Shown: piece by piece, positions 10,165 through 20,046 of the stretch | Layout: each line of letters starts with the position of its first letter | How positions within the stretch are numbered: position 1 is the stretch's first letter | DNA from: a virus | Taxonomy: Duplodnaviria > Heunggongvirae > Uroviricota > Caudoviricetes | DNA length: 64,000 nucleotides | Strand: one strand, 5' to 3' | Virus record (IMG/VR): IMGVR_UViG_3300025944_000008 | Notes under the pieces: generated by a model | What the model saw: the letters and a program-made list of their open reading frames with translations, nothing else | Told to the model about the DNA's origin: nothing | Databases searched by the model: none | Program-made: the position numbers and the translations under genes

Positions 10165-10803
10165 TCAGCCTCCAAAGACGGTGGCACCTTCGGGGATGTC
10201 GCACCCCGGGCCGCCGCTGTTGACTTCCTCGATCGTGACGGGCTGCTCGGCTGCCTTGAGAGCCGCTTCTGCCTTCTCCGCCTCGGTCTTGGCCTCGGCC
10301 TCTTCGCGGGCAGCCTTCTCTGCGGCTTCTTCCTTGGCGGCCCTCTCCTTCGCCAGGCGCTCTTGGACGACAGAGAAGGACCGCTTCATGAGATCCTTCC
10401 TGAGCTCCTCGGCCGCTGCTTCGATCTCCTCTTCCGTCATGCCTGCCTGCCCGGAAGTCTTCTGCAGCAGCTTGATGAGGATGTGCTTGTTCATCTCGGC
10501 GAGGGCGAGGATGTTCAAGTCCATGTGCTCGATGCTGTCCTGCATCGCCTGCTCGTTGCCCCAGATCTTACCGATCTCGAGCGTCGAGTTCTTGAAGAGC
10601 GCCTCGACGACGGCACCGAGCTTGTTGTGCTTCTCGGTCCACTCGCTGACGAGGGTGGCCAAGCTGTTGTGCTTGTCCATCCACTCCTTGCCGAACCTGG
10701 TGACCTTCTCGGCGATGTCCTTGACCGCCAGAAGCACCTTGCCGTCGTTCTTGGCCTGCCGATCGCTCTGCTTCGCCCTGTTCAGCCCGATATGCTTGCT
10801 CAT
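10165..10803 (-). CDS. coiled-coil protein
   Basis: 212 aa, Glu/Lys/Ala-rich heptad-like C-terminus (EEAAEKAAREEAEAKTEAEKAEAALK). Confidence 0.55.
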   Translation of the reverse strand: MSKHIGLNRAKQSDRQAKNDGKVLLAVKDIAEKVTRFGKEWMDKHNSLATLVSEWTEKHNKLGAVVEALFKNSTLEIGKIWGNEQAMQDSIEHMDLNILALAEMNKHILIKLLQKTSGQAGMTEEEIEAAAEELRKDLMKRSFSVVQERLAKERAAKEEAAEKAAREEAEAKTEAEKAEAALKAAEQPVTIEEVNSGGPGCDIPEGATVFGG

Positions 10804-11097
10804 GATGATGCCTTGGCCTCCCCGAGTACCACGACCTTCTGATTCTCGATCGAGGCAATCTCGTTGTTGAGTTGAGCGATCGGCCCTCCGCCGATGGCGC
10901 CCAGAATTTCTTCGATCACATCTTCAGGAACGATCTCCGGCATTGCCCCCGGAGACCGTAACGCCTTCACCTGACGCCCGTCCTTGCCGATGAAGTTCTT
11001 GTCGAGGTAATCGTGCAGCGCCTCCCAGACGGACAGCAAGTGCTTCCGTCGGTTGAGCGCTTCGTTTGCCTCCTTGAGCGTCTTCGCATCGTTCATG
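10800..11097 (-). CDS. hypothetical protein
   Basis: ATG at 11097 with gaggag RBS; stop overlaps next start (ATGA). Confidence 0.45.
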
Positions 11098-11254
11098 CAA
11101 AAAACTCCTCGTTGCCTGGATAAGGACTTGTGTGGAGATCCCAGGACTCCATCCAGCATCGTGGGGCGGTGTCACATTCACCAAAGGCGGTGTTGAGACC
11201 ACGCCGTGAGCATACCAGCGGAGGTCGGCCGGGCAGCGCAGCCCGGTCCTATGA

Positions 11255-11779
11255 TTAGGCTCCCCTCACTTTCTTATGCATCCGGTTCGTCTCTCGAGCG
11301 TGCCACGCCTGCTCATTCGCAGTCTCATTCCGCAGTACATGCATGCCGAGCCTGCCCGCCCCAAAGAGCTCTCGCAGAGCCACGCCGGCGGCCTTCACCA
11401 TGTCCGCCTGCGACTTCAGCTTCCTGATGTGCTTGCAGTCGCCACCATCGATGGAGTGCTTGATCGTCCAGTCGGGGCAGGAGCAGGTGAAGCGCTCGAT
11501 CTTCGGGTGGTACTTGACCACGTACCGCTTGCCCGAATCTCCAGTGACGGGGAATGAGGGACCCTTGCCGATCTTGTGGAGATGGACCATCTCGGAGTAC
11601 TTCTTCAGCTTCTCGTCGGCGCGTGGATCGTTCTTCACAGCCTCGGTGAAGGTCTTGCTGCGAAGGTTCTGCCGGAACGACGTCCACTTCTTCCCGTTGC
11701 CGGGCATGTCGAAGTGCTGATCCAACTTCTCTTCGAGAGAAGCGGCAACCTTCAAGAAGCTGAAGAGTCCTGGGTTCAT
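11255..11779 (-). CDS. SWIM zinc-finger protein
   Basis: CSCPDW...CKH (CxCx..CxH) SWIM signature; ATG 11779 overlaps upstream stop. Confidence 0.55.
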   Translation of the reverse strand: MNPGLFSFLKVAASLEEKLDQHFDMPGNGKKWTSFRQNLRSKTFTEAVKNDPRADEKLKKYSEMVHLHKIGKGPSFPVTGDSGKRYVVKYHPKIERFTCSCPDWTIKHSIDGGDCKHIRKLKSQADMVKAAGVALRELFGAGRLGMHVLRNETANEQAWHARETNRMHKKVRGA

Positions 11780-12444
11780 GCCGACAAGAATGCCTTGAAT
11801 CGAGAAGCAAGGGTAGCCCCGGCTGCCGTGTCTTTGATGATGTTCTTCAGCGGATAGATGAACAGCCCGCGCAACCATCGCGCCTTCTCGAAGCCCTTCT
11901 CCTTCAGCACCGCCTGATAGCGGATATCAGTCGGATGGTACTTGCAGTAGATGTCGGCGTTGTCCTTGAGGTCGTGGAAGAGGGCCTCGATCTTTGCAGC
12001 GAGGTTCTGCGTGCTGATCCGATGGAACTGCTGACTGGTCAGCTTGTCGGCCCGAATGGCCATTTGGCAGCTCGGGCAGATGGCCACGCCGGCGTGAATG
12101 GCGCCAGACGGGATCGGCTTGCCGCAGCCGAGATTCGAATTCTGCTCGACGTCGCGGCACCAGTACATCTGATCATCGCCGTCGCCGTCGAGACGCTTGC
12201 CCGACTCCCAAATCGAGATGGCGACCGTGTTGGGGCCGTGGATCGTCCGCGAGGGGCCGAAGGTGATCTCGATCTTGTAGCCCGCACGAATGCCGTTGTA
12301 GCCCATGAGTGCGGCCACTTCTTTGTCCGGCGAGAACTCCTTCTGCAGCGACCGCTGCGCCGCATCGTAAGTACGACGCTGAGCCGAGTCGAGCCGATCT
12401 GGGTCGAAGTTCGGTCCTGCTTCGCTGAAGGTCTTGTCGCTCAT
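11776..12444 (-). CDS. hypothetical protein
   Basis: 222-aa ORF, ATGA overlap with upstream gene. Confidence 0.5.
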   Translation of the reverse strand: MSDKTFSEAGPNFDPDRLDSAQRRTYDAAQRSLQKEFSPDKEVAALMGYNGIRAGYKIEITFGPSRTIHGPNTVAISIWESGKRLDGDGDDQMYWCRDVEQNSNLGCGKPIPSGAIHAGVAICPSCQMAIRADKLTSQQFHRISTQNLAAKIEALFHDLKDNADIYCKYHPTDIRYQAVLKEKGFEKARWLRGLFIYPLKNIIKDTAAGATLASRFKAFLSA

Positions 12445-12656
12445 CGCTTGATTGTCTTCACGAGAGGCTGGTGCCAGGTTTGCGGATCGGTATTCTTATC
12501 GAACTGTGCAAGGATCCCTCGAAGTCCCTCTGCTGTGACTTCGCAAATCCAAAAACGTGGCCCGGTATACCACGTAGGCTCCACGTCATAGAGGAGGAGC
12601 TTATGGCCAGCTTCCCCATCCTTGTACGTCCTCTTGCACGCTGGGCATTCTCTCAT
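12441..12656 (-). CDS. small Cys-containing hypothetical protein
   Basis: 71 aa, CPAC motif, translationally coupled. Confidence 0.45.
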   Translation of the reverse strand: MRECPACKRTYKDGEAGHKLLLYDVEPTWYTGPRFWICEVTAEGLRGILAQFDKNTDPQTWHQPLVKTIKR

Positions 12657-13135
12657 CGGTTCACCTTGAAGTCTTTCTTGCCGCCGACGGTCCAGGCGCC
12701 CCTGCCCTTCTCGTTCGGAGCGTTGAGCTCCTTGGCTCTCGTACCGAGCGGCATTTCAGTGACCTCTTTCTTCTGTTCCGGCTCATCCGGCAGAGCGCCG
12801 CGGATAGCCCTGACGACGACATCCAGCGACTCGCTCATGCTCGGAGACTGAATCGAGACGTACCATCCAAACACGAGCTTCTTGCTCCCGTCTGGCATGT
12901 CCTTGCGGAAGTAGTTCTTGCAGATGTGAGACTGATAGTTGTGGGCCTGACCGTCGAGATACTCCGACGCCGTCAAGATCCTGTCGATGACCTGGGTCCA
13001 CGTCCCTTCCGCACCTGCAGCGATGCGAAGGATGACTCGAACCTGCTCGTGGGTGAACGTCTCGTTTACTGCCTGGCAAATGCCTGTCGACTCCAAGGCC
13101 TTGGCGAGGCGGTCAGCGTGGGCTTTGGAGCTCAT
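12653..13135 (-). CDS. hypothetical protein
   Basis: 160-aa ORF, coupled start/stop. Confidence 0.5.
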   Translation of the reverse strand: MSSKAHADRLAKALESTGICQAVNETFTHEQVRVILRIAAGAEGTWTQVIDRILTASEYLDGQAHNYQSHICKNYFRKDMPDGSKKLVFGWYVSIQSPSMSESLDVVVRAIRGALPDEPEQKKEVTEMPLGTRAKELNAPNEKGRGAWTVGGKKDFKVNR

Positions 13136-13452
13136 GGCTTGTCGCTCTCCTTGACGATGCTGAGGGTGGGTCGATCCGTATTCGGGATCTCCCCGGCACG
13201 GACCTTCTGAACGAGGACATCATACTCGAGGATCGTCCTCTCGATTGCGTGAATCGCCATCTCCAAAGATCCGGCTACTGCCCTCGTTCCAGACCACGTA
13301 TGAAGCTCCGGCATGCGCGGGGGCTGTAGCTCGGTCGACTCAAGAACACGCTGACGCAAGATGTCGTAAGACTGCGAAAAGGCGACATAGTCCTTGCGGA
13401 GCTCGTCGAGCTCTTTCTCGAGAGACGAGAGGCTGTACCCCTGTTCGCTCAT
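13132..13452 (-). CDS. hypothetical protein
   Basis: Real start taken at internal ATG 13452 (MSEQGYSL...); upstream part of track ORF is Arg-rich antisense-like junk. Confidence 0.45.
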   Translation of the reverse strand: MSEQGYSLSSLEKELDELRKDYVAFSQSYDILRQRVLESTELQPPRMPELHTWSGTRAVAGSLEMAIHAIERTILEYDVLVQKVRAGEIPNTDRPTLSIVKESDKP

Positions 13453-13719
13453 CTGCCCAGGATCTTCCTGAACTCGTCGTTGCTGACGTTGATGGTGAGA
13501 CGGGTACCACCGTAGACCGCCTCCGCCTTCAGCCCTTGATCGGAGGTGTAGCTGACGCCGTACCAGATCTTGTCGAAGACCTCCATCTGCAGATCCGCGT
13601 CTTTCTTCACCTCTCCTTGCTCCTGGGCGCATGGGACGCAGAGGACACGCAGGTGCCTCTCATCGAACACGACGTCTTCCTTCTTGATGTTCTTTTTGTC
13701 GCAGTTCTCGCACAAGGCA
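13449..13719 (-). CDS. zinc-ribbon protein (possible -1 frameshift product with 13607..14176)
   Basis: Protein-like only from LCENCDKKN... onward; CxxC...CxxC; possible TTG start; frame A protein-likeness ends where frame B begins at an A5 run. Confidence 0.3.
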
Positions 13720-14176
13720 TAGCTACTCCCTTCTCGACCGTGATCATCTTGGCGACGATCTTGTCGTTCTCGTAGAGCTCTTCGATATCGACGATCGTGA
13801 ACGCTTGTTTCGGCGAACCCTCCTGCCAGATCAGGTCTCCGCGCACTACGGTAGCGTCCGCACTGGTCAGAAGACGGCCCATCTCGTCCTTCACGGCATA
13901 GAAGGCCTCTGTAAACGAGACCTCGTCGCCAGCGCACCACAGCCGTGGTGGCTCTTTGACGTGGACTGGGGCAACCAGCGTCTGGCGCATCGTCGGCTCT
14001 GCCTCGAGCAGCTCGGCGATGTCGTGGACCAGATCCTCGACGAGACCGCCTGCTGACTTCATGTTTGCGCCTTCGACACTGTTTGGGTCGATCAGCCTCC
14101 ACTTCTCGAACTCCGCGATGTGCTTGTCGATGATGCCGGCACGACGGAGAAGATCGGTCATCGGTTTCTCGCTCAC
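13607..14176 (-). CDS. hypothetical protein
   Basis: 189-aa ORF; protein-like to ~13722 then low-complexity tail overlapping next ORF. Confidence 0.45.
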   Translation of the reverse strand: MSEKPMTDLLRRAGIIDKHIAEFEKWRLIDPNSVEGANMKSAGGLVEDLVHDIAELLEAEPTMRQTLVAPVHVKEPPRLWCAGDEVSFTEAFYAVKDEMGRLLTSADATVVRGDLIWQEGSPKQAFTIVDIEELYENDKIVAKMITVEKGVAMPCARTATKRTSRRKTSCSMRGTCVSSASHAPRSKER

Positions 14177-14715
14177 CCCATCACCCCCTTCACGGTGAAT
14201 CGGATGTCTTCGACTTCAGCCTCCTTCCACTCCGCGCCGCACACGATGATCACATCATTCGGAGCACTGCGCAGTCTCTTCACCGGAACGCCAAAGAGCC
14301 TGGGGTCCTTCCGAGAGACTGAGATCCACGCATCCAGTGCCGAGATGTTGCCCACCAGGACGAGTACCACCTCGAACCCTTCGTCAGTGACCTGGCGGAA
14401 GAGCTGATGCACGTACTCGAAGCGGGAGCCGATCTTCTCCGGCACGAACTCCTTCATCGGCACGTTTCTGGTGACTTCGTCGTATCGAGTCTGCAGCTCC
14501 TCCTTCACCTCCTCGTTCGAGACGCCACGGACGTACTTCTCCAGGTGTACGTACGGCTTGGTGACGTCGAGGATGATACGCTGCGCGTCCTTCTCCATCT
14601 TCAGGATGGCGCTCACCTGCGCGATGAGTGCGTCGACGCCACCTCCGGTGTACGGGAGGCGCTCCGTCACACGAAGCATCGTTGCCGATCGCGTTACCTG
14701 GTCGAAGCTGGCCAT
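14173..14715 (-). CDS. hypothetical protein
   Basis: 180 aa, gaggag RBS before ATG 14715. Confidence 0.55.
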   Translation of the reverse strand: MASFDQVTRSATMLRVTERLPYTGGGVDALIAQVSAILKMEKDAQRIILDVTKPYVHLEKYVRGVSNEEVKEELQTRYDEVTRNVPMKEFVPEKIGSRFEYVHQLFRQVTDEGFEVVLVLVGNISALDAWISVSRKDPRLFGVPVKRLRSAPNDVIIVCGAEWKEAEVEDIRFTVKGVMG

Positions 14716-14722
14716 GGTCTCC

Positions 14723-14923
14723 TCAGATCTGCGGGACGTCGGTATCCCGCGCCCTCAGGTCTCGAAAGTGATCGACGATGATCTGGGTCAGCGTCGTGTG
14801 CTTGCGATATGCATACTCCCGCGCCCAGTCGAGGAGCTCTGACGGAATGCGGGCATTCAACCGCGGACCAGTCGTCTTCTTCTTGAGGTGCTTCGCCATC
14901 GTTTTATCGATGCGAGGCATCAT
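14723..14923 (-). CDS. ribbon-helix-helix family protein
   Basis: MMPRIDK...RLNARIPSELLDWAREYAYRKHTTLTQIIVDHFRDL Arc/CopG-like; start overlaps upstream stop. Confidence 0.45.
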   Translation of the reverse strand: MMPRIDKTMAKHLKKKTTGPRLNARIPSELLDWAREYAYRKHTTLTQIIVDHFRDLRARDTDVPQI

Positions 14924-15411
14924 TCGTACTCCTCGACATCCCTGGCCACCTTGCTCTCTCCGGCACCTGGCAAGAGGTTGGGCATGTTCCTCTGGGTATA
15001 GATCTGCTCGAGCTGCGGTCCGACCCACCCACCGACGGTGTTGCCGTCCGGCAGGACGATGTGCGCCAGGAACTCTTCCTCGAACGAGGTGATCCCAGAC
15101 TCCACCGCCTCGAGCTTGGCCTTGATGACTAAGAAAAGGGCCCGCCACTTGCTGCGGACTTCCTGCTCCCAGGCCGACAAGACCGTGCTCTGTGCCCGAG
15201 CGTAGCCACGACGGTCGTGCGTGAACCGCCGTTCCTTCTTGTCCGGCAGCGGCAAGAGGAACTTCACCTGGCGGTTGTGCATCGAGAAGCCGATGACCGC
15301 CTTGTCCCCATTCCAGCCGGAGACAAACTGAGAGGCCTCGTACTTCGAGACCAGCCTCTCGATCTCCATCTTCGACTTCTCGACGCTGACCGTCGTGTCC
15401 TTCGCGTACAT
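14920..15411 (-). CDS. hypothetical protein
   Basis: ATG 15411 with gaggagg RBS (track ORF starts at upstream GTG). Confidence 0.5.
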   Translation of the reverse strand: MYAKDTTVSVEKSKMEIERLVSKYEASQFVSGWNGDKAVIGFSMHNRQVKFLLPLPDKKERRFTHDRRGYARAQSTVLSAWEQEVRSKWRALFLVIKAKLEAVESGITSFEEEFLAHIVLPDGNTVGGWVGPQLEQIYTQRNMPNLLPGAGESKVARDVEEYE

Positions 15412-15443
15412 GTGGCCTCCTCGCACCAGCCCGTGCGGGGTTC

Positions 15444-15818
15444 CTATGCTGCCGATTCGCGCTCCTCGACGAACTCTCCGACCTGAACGGTCTCGTCGAT
15501 GATAGCGAGGATGTCGCTCGACTTGATCATGAAGACCCGGAGCCCATCGTCGTCCGCGAACTCGTGGAAGGCGTCCTTCAAGAAGCCACGGAAGGCGAAG
15601 CGCATCCCAGGCTCGAGAGGGAAGCCGACGACCTCACCGGCCCGCTTCCCGACCTTCAGAATGCGAGCCGCGACCGGCATGACGCGCTCAATGGAGACGA
15701 TCTGGTCCGGCAGATGAATGCCACCGGCTGTCTTCGTGACGCGCTTCTCCGTCCTGGCGATGATCCAATCACCGATCGGGTCGCACTGCTGCCAGGTCCT
15801 GTTCGTTGGCAGGTGCAT
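15444..15818 (-). CDS. GroES-like co-chaperonin
   Basis: TKTAGGIHLPD and C-terminal SDILAIID match GroES/gp31 mobile-loop and C-terminal signatures. Confidence 0.6.
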   Translation of the reverse strand: MHLPTNRTWQQCDPIGDWIIARTEKRVTKTAGGIHLPDQIVSIERVMPVAARILKVGKRAGEVVGFPLEPGMRFAFRGFLKDAFHEFADDDGLRVFMIKSSDILAIIDETVQVGEFVEERESAA

Positions 15819-16084
15819 CAGGTCTGCTCCACACCACCGTTGTTGCGCTTGGCCAGGCGATCGAAGAACACCTTCTTCAGCCACTCGGCCGGCTTACGCG
15901 ACTTGACCTCGATGATGCGGAGCTCGTTGCCGATCACCGCCATGAGGTAGTCCTCTTCGCCGGTGCTGGTCTCCACCTGCGCCAAGAACATCTTGACTTC
16001 AGCGAAGCCGACTTTTCGGTTTGATTCGGCTCCCGACGTCCCCGTCTGCAGCGGAATTTCCAGAACCTTCTCGTTCGTCGCCAT
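15818..16084 (-). CDS. hypothetical protein
   Basis: ATG 16084 with aggagg RBS. Confidence 0.45.
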   Translation of the reverse strand: MATNEKVLEIPLQTGTSGAESNRKVGFAEVKMFLAQVETSTGEEDYLMAVIGNELRIIEVKSRKPAEWLKKVFFDRLAKRNNGGVEQT

Positions 16085-16367
16085 GGTTCTTGCCTCCTGC
16101 CGCCAGCGGCGGCGCAAACTGGTCGAAATCGATGGGGGCATACTTGCCCGTCTTGCAATCGCACTGCGCGGTCACAGACTTGTCCACGAGGTCGACTACG
16201 TACTTCACGTCCTTCTTGCAGATGGGGCACCGATGCGAGTTGTCGCCCATCTTCGGAATGATCATACGGATGATGCCCATCCTGCCGATCATCTCCATCA
16301 GCAGATCGAGGGTGACATCCACCTTGTGCTCGATGCGAGCGAGAGCCTCGTCGTTCGACTTACTCAT
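15999..16367 (-). CDS. zinc-binding hypothetical protein
   Basis: CPICKK...CDCKTGKY; overlaps downstream gene by ~85 nt. Confidence 0.4.
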   Translation of the reverse strand: MSKSNDEALARIEHKVDVTLDLLMEMIGRMGIIRMIIPKMGDNSHRCPICKKDVKYVVDLVDKSVTAQCDCKTGKYAPIDFDQFAPPLAAGGKNHGDEREGSGNSAADGDVGSRIKPKSRLR

Positions 16368-16773
16368 GCGTCACCTTGTAGATCGTCACGCCCTTGGTAC
16401 TGGTCGTGAGATGGATGGTGTTTCCGTCCTCGAGAGTGATGCTCGAGATGAGGGACCTGCCCGCCGCCGGCGAAGGTTCGACCGCGATCGCCACCACCTT
16501 CTTTCCGAGCGCCAGCTTCCTGATGTCCGACGGGCTGCACTTCCTCTGCATCTCCGATCCAAGCGTGCTGGCCTGAAAGAGAGCCATCGCCGTGACGACC
16601 TGTCCTGGCTTGAGCTTGTCGTTGCGGACCATGTAGAAGCGGCAGCGCGTTGCCCAGCACCTGAAGCGATCGGGTAGTGCTCCTCTTCCGACGTCATTCG
16701 CTTCGACGGAGTACCTGACGCCGCACCGGCACGCCCAGGTCCTGAACTTCGCCACTGTCTTCTTCTGCGGCAT
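16360..16773 (-). CDS. hypothetical protein
   Basis: 137-aa ORF. Confidence 0.45.
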   Translation of the reverse strand: MPQKKTVAKFRTWACRCGVRYSVEANDVGRGALPDRFRCWATRCRFYMVRNDKLKPGQVVTAMALFQASTLGSEMQRKCSPSDIRKLALGKKVVAIAVEPSPAAGRSLISSITLEDGNTIHLTTSTKGVTIYKVTHE

Positions 16774-17048
16774 CAGACCTGCTCCACCCCGGTCTCTTCT
16801 TCATAGATGCCTGGCATGTCCGTCAGCACCGGCCCATCGTCGGAGCTGACATCGTCCGCCACGATCGGCGGCTTCTCGTAGTCGCTCGAGCTCCCGCTGT
16901 TCGCGTAGATCTCCTTCGTCAAGATCTCCGCCGCCTCTTTGGAAATCTCGATGCGAATGCTCTTGTTGAAGATAGCGGTGAAGACCGTCCTCTGCGTCTT
17001 CAGGTCCACCTCGTTGCCCAGCCCGGTCAAGACGAGATCTTTACTCAT
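16773..17048 (-). CDS. hypothetical protein
   Basis: Start at internal ATG 17048 (MSKDLVLTG...). Confidence 0.4.
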   Translation of the reverse strand: MSKDLVLTGLGNEVDLKTQRTVFTAIFNKSIRIEISKEAAEILTKEIYANSGSSSDYEKPPIVADDVSSDDGPVLTDMPGIYEEETGVEQV

Positions 17049-17193
17049 GGAGTCACCTTGGGAGCGGTCGTCGAGACAGGACGGCTGCCCGGAGTTCGGA
17101 CCAGAAGACGGTCGAAGAACGACACGATCTTGCAGGTGCTGTAGATCGACCGCTCGTACGCCACGCAATCATCACTGCACGCTCTCCCATGAT

Positions 17194-17622
17194 CTAGAAA
17201 GCACCTCGAGGTCTGCGAGGGCCTTTCATGGGAGTCACCTGACCGGTGGGCGTGCCCATCTGCTGCTGACGCCGGTGGAGGCGTTCCTGACCCCTCGCCA
17301 GGCGGTTGGCCACCTTCCTGTGGTCCGGGTCCACCTGCGGAATCACCGACAGAGCACCGCGTGCCACTTCCCGCAGCATGATCTGTCGAAGCTCCTTGAC
17401 CTCCTGCTTGCGGTGGTTCTTCTCGAACGGGAAGAAAGCATCCCTGAGGTCCTTGAATGCGTCCTCGATGTGCTTCGCTTCCGCGCCTTTCTGATTCAGA
17501 AGGGCTTGCAGGGTCGCCCTCGACGTCTGGAACTCGATGTCCTGCCGCATCTTCCAGATGAGCAGGAAGAGAATCTCCATTGGGTCGCCTGGAGGAGGGA
17601 CCCTGGATGCCTTGTCGAACAT
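17194..17622 (-). CDS. hypothetical protein
   Basis: Protein-like from MFDKASRVPPPGDPMEILFLLIWK. Confidence 0.45.
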   Translation of the reverse strand: MFDKASRVPPPGDPMEILFLLIWKMRQDIEFQTSRATLQALLNQKGAEAKHIEDAFKDLRDAFFPFEKNHRKQEVKELRQIMLREVARGALSVIPQVDPDHRKVANRLARGQERLHRRQQQMGTPTGQVTPMKGPRRPRGAF

Positions 17623-17654
17623 TATGTTCGCTCTGGCCCATCCCAATGGAGTCT

Positions 17655-18608
17655 CTAAAAATCCTTGATTGCATCGAAAGAAAGAAGCTTCTTGGTCCTC
17701 TGCTCGAACCAGTTGTAGTTGAGGGCCAGATCGGCGAGGACCGTGATCGGGTACTTGACCACGTTCTTGTACTTCGCCTCGAACGCTGTCTGGCTGAAGT
17801 TTCCGTCTGCATCCAGATGCGCCGCCAGCGGCTTGCCGTTGATAGCGAATAGGCCGCAGGTCAACTGCATCAGTGACAGCTTGGCCAGGAGGTAGTTGGC
17901 CGCAGTCGTCGTCTCCTTGGCCAGAATGCGCTTCACCTCGAGATCTTCTTCACCAGAGGGGAGGCGGTAGGTCGGGTAGTACTTGCCGGGGATGATCGGG
18001 ACGACCTGGCGGAGCTCTCGATCGACGATCAAGCTCGTGATGTCCATCGGCTCGCAGCGACCTTCGATGATCTCCCGACGCTCCTTGTTGGCCAGGAGGC
18101 TCTTGACCCTGTTGCCGAACTCGTCGTAGTCGAAGAAGTCTTCCTCGAGATCATCGAGGTCCTTCTTCATCTTGTCCTCGGCGCTCTCCTTCGCCTGCGG
18201 CGCGTTGGCCTGCGCGACAGCGGCGAGCTGTTCGGCCGTCTGCGCCGAGAGTCCAGCACCTTCGGGGCGAGGGGGGTTCTGGTAGCCGCCCGGCTGCTGC
18301 GGTTGCTGCATGACCTGCCGCGCCATCGGCTGGTTGGCCACATACGCCGAGCCGACACCAGGGAGGGCTGCGTTCTGCTGCTCGAGCTGAGCACGCTGCT
18401 CCGGTGTCAGCAGGGTGGCCATGCCCTGTGCCCGTGCTTGCTGCACTCCGGCAAATCGATCGCCCGAGCCCTGCATCTGAGCGAGGTTGGGGATCTTCGG
18501 CATCGGAGCGCCGCCAACAGGGTGCTGAACATTCCTCGCCGCTGCGATCTTGGCGGCGTACTCGGAGTTCTGTGGTGACAGGTCGACGATTTCCTTCTTC
18601 TTGTCCAT
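17655..18608 (-). CDS. hypothetical protein (Gln/Ala-rich N-terminal half)
   Basis: 317 aa, aggaga RBS before ATG 18608. Confidence 0.55.
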   Translation of the reverse strand: MDKKKEIVDLSPQNSEYAAKIAAARNVQHPVGGAPMPKIPNLAQMQGSGDRFAGVQQARAQGMATLLTPEQRAQLEQQNAALPGVGSAYVANQPMARQVMQQPQQPGGYQNPPRPEGAGLSAQTAEQLAAVAQANAPQAKESAEDKMKKDLDDLEEDFFDYDEFGNRVKSLLANKERREIIEGRCEPMDITSLIVDRELRQVVPIIPGKYYPTYRLPSGEEDLEVKRILAKETTTAANYLLAKLSLMQLTCGLFAINGKPLAAHLDADGNFSQTAFEAKYKNVVKYPITVLADLALNYNWFEQRTKKLLSFDAIKDF

Positions 18609-18616
18609 GCGGTCTC

Positions 18617-18952
18617 CTAGTCGTCTCCGAACCAGCGATCAGTCCCGCTCAGTCGGAAGTCGTCCGGGATGTCATCCTCGTCGACAGGAGCCGGCCGGCG
18701 GAGCTCTTCGCTGATTGGAATCATGTACGCCCCGCCGACGTTGCCACACGACCACTTGTTGCCGCAGGTCTTGCAGTTGCGCAGGATCTGGGTGGGCGTA
18801 TTTTGCGTCCCGATCTTGTCTGGGTCGCGCTCGCTGCAGACGGGGCACTTCACTACAGAGTCAGGACGATCGAACGGATCGGCTACGCCAACGTCTGCCG
18901 TGCTTGGGGCATCGGCTGAGGGACCGAACGGATTCCGGTCTTTCACTGGCAT
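18617..18952 (-). CDS. zinc-ribbon protein
   Basis: ATG 18952 with ggaggagg RBS; CPVC...CKTC. Confidence 0.5.
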   Translation of the reverse strand: MPVKDRNPFGPSADAPSTADVGVADPFDRPDSVVKCPVCSERDPDKIGTQNTPTQILRNCKTCGNKWSCGNVGGAYMIPISEELRRPAPVDEDDIPDDFRLSGTDRWFGDD

Positions 18953-19008
18953 GAGCCTCCTCCTTTCCGCCGCATGTACAGACACTGTACAGACAGCACT
19001 ACGGGTTG

Positions 19009-19290
19009 TCAATCCCGGATCCGACCCATCTTGGTGTCGATCCGAATCACGTGGCCTTCTCGAAGCTCTTCGTGCAGGGTTACCTCGACGAGAGTTGGGA
19101 TCATCCTGGGGTCTACGGTGCGGCTGCAGCCGATCCACACCCTGTAGATTGCGGACGTCGACGGGGTGGACGGCTCCACTGAGACTGAGACGAAGAGCAC
19201 TCCAGAGTCAACTGGAAGTCTGAGCAGCTTGGACTCCATCTTCTTTGCCAGACGCGCTTCTTCGTCCTTGACATAGTGAACGAGTTCCAT
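19009..19290 (-). CDS. hypothetical protein
   Basis: Start at ATG 19290 (MELVHYVKDEEARL...). Confidence 0.4.
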   Translation of the reverse strand: MELVHYVKDEEARLAKKMESKLLRLPVDSGVLFVSVSVEPSTPSTSAIYRVWIGCSRTVDPRMIPTLVEVTLHEELREGHVIRIDTKMGRIRD

Positions 19291-19364
19291 GGGTGGAGAT
19301 CCTAGCAGAAGCCGTGGGATAAGAATGAGTGAGAGGACATCTTTCGCTAAAAGGAGTATAGGGG
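19291..19364. promoter_or_regulatory. divergent intergenic region
   Basis: Spacer between minus-strand block and plus-strand genes starting at 19365. Confidence 0.3.
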
Positions 19365-19553
19365 ATGCGTGCAACCGCTGGTGTCGATTCGAGTCGCTAC
19401 GAGAAGATCGACGAGAACGTCTTTCGCATGAGACCCATCAGCGACCGTCCCAAGCGCCGCGTATTGACTCCGTTTGGTCGGGTTGTGATGTTTGCGCTGG
19501 GGGCGCTCATCACGTTCTTGATCTCGATCATGTATTACTTGCTGCATCGGTAG
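19365..19553 (+). CDS. small membrane protein
   Basis: aaaggag RBS; C-terminal hydrophobic helix VVMFALGALITFLISIMYYLL. Confidence 0.5.
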   Translation: MRATAGVDSSRYEKIDENVFRMRPISDRPKRRVLTPFGRVVMFALGALITFLISIMYYLLHR

Positions 19554-19639
19554 ATCGTCGGTATCTTTTCAACGAGGTAGGGCTGGGGCACGCCGGGATC
19601 CCCCCTCCGGCTGGTTCTGGTCCTACCTCACCTAGTTCT

Positions 19640-20001
<362 letters not shown>

Positions 20002-20046
20002 CCGCATCATCTCCGTAACCACAATCAGACCAGGGGAAAAACCATC

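Noticed and set aside
17045-17812. 255-aa minus-strand ORF
   Set aside because: Arg/Ser/Pro-rich low-complexity translation typical of off-frame reading in high-GC DNA; overlaps better ORFs
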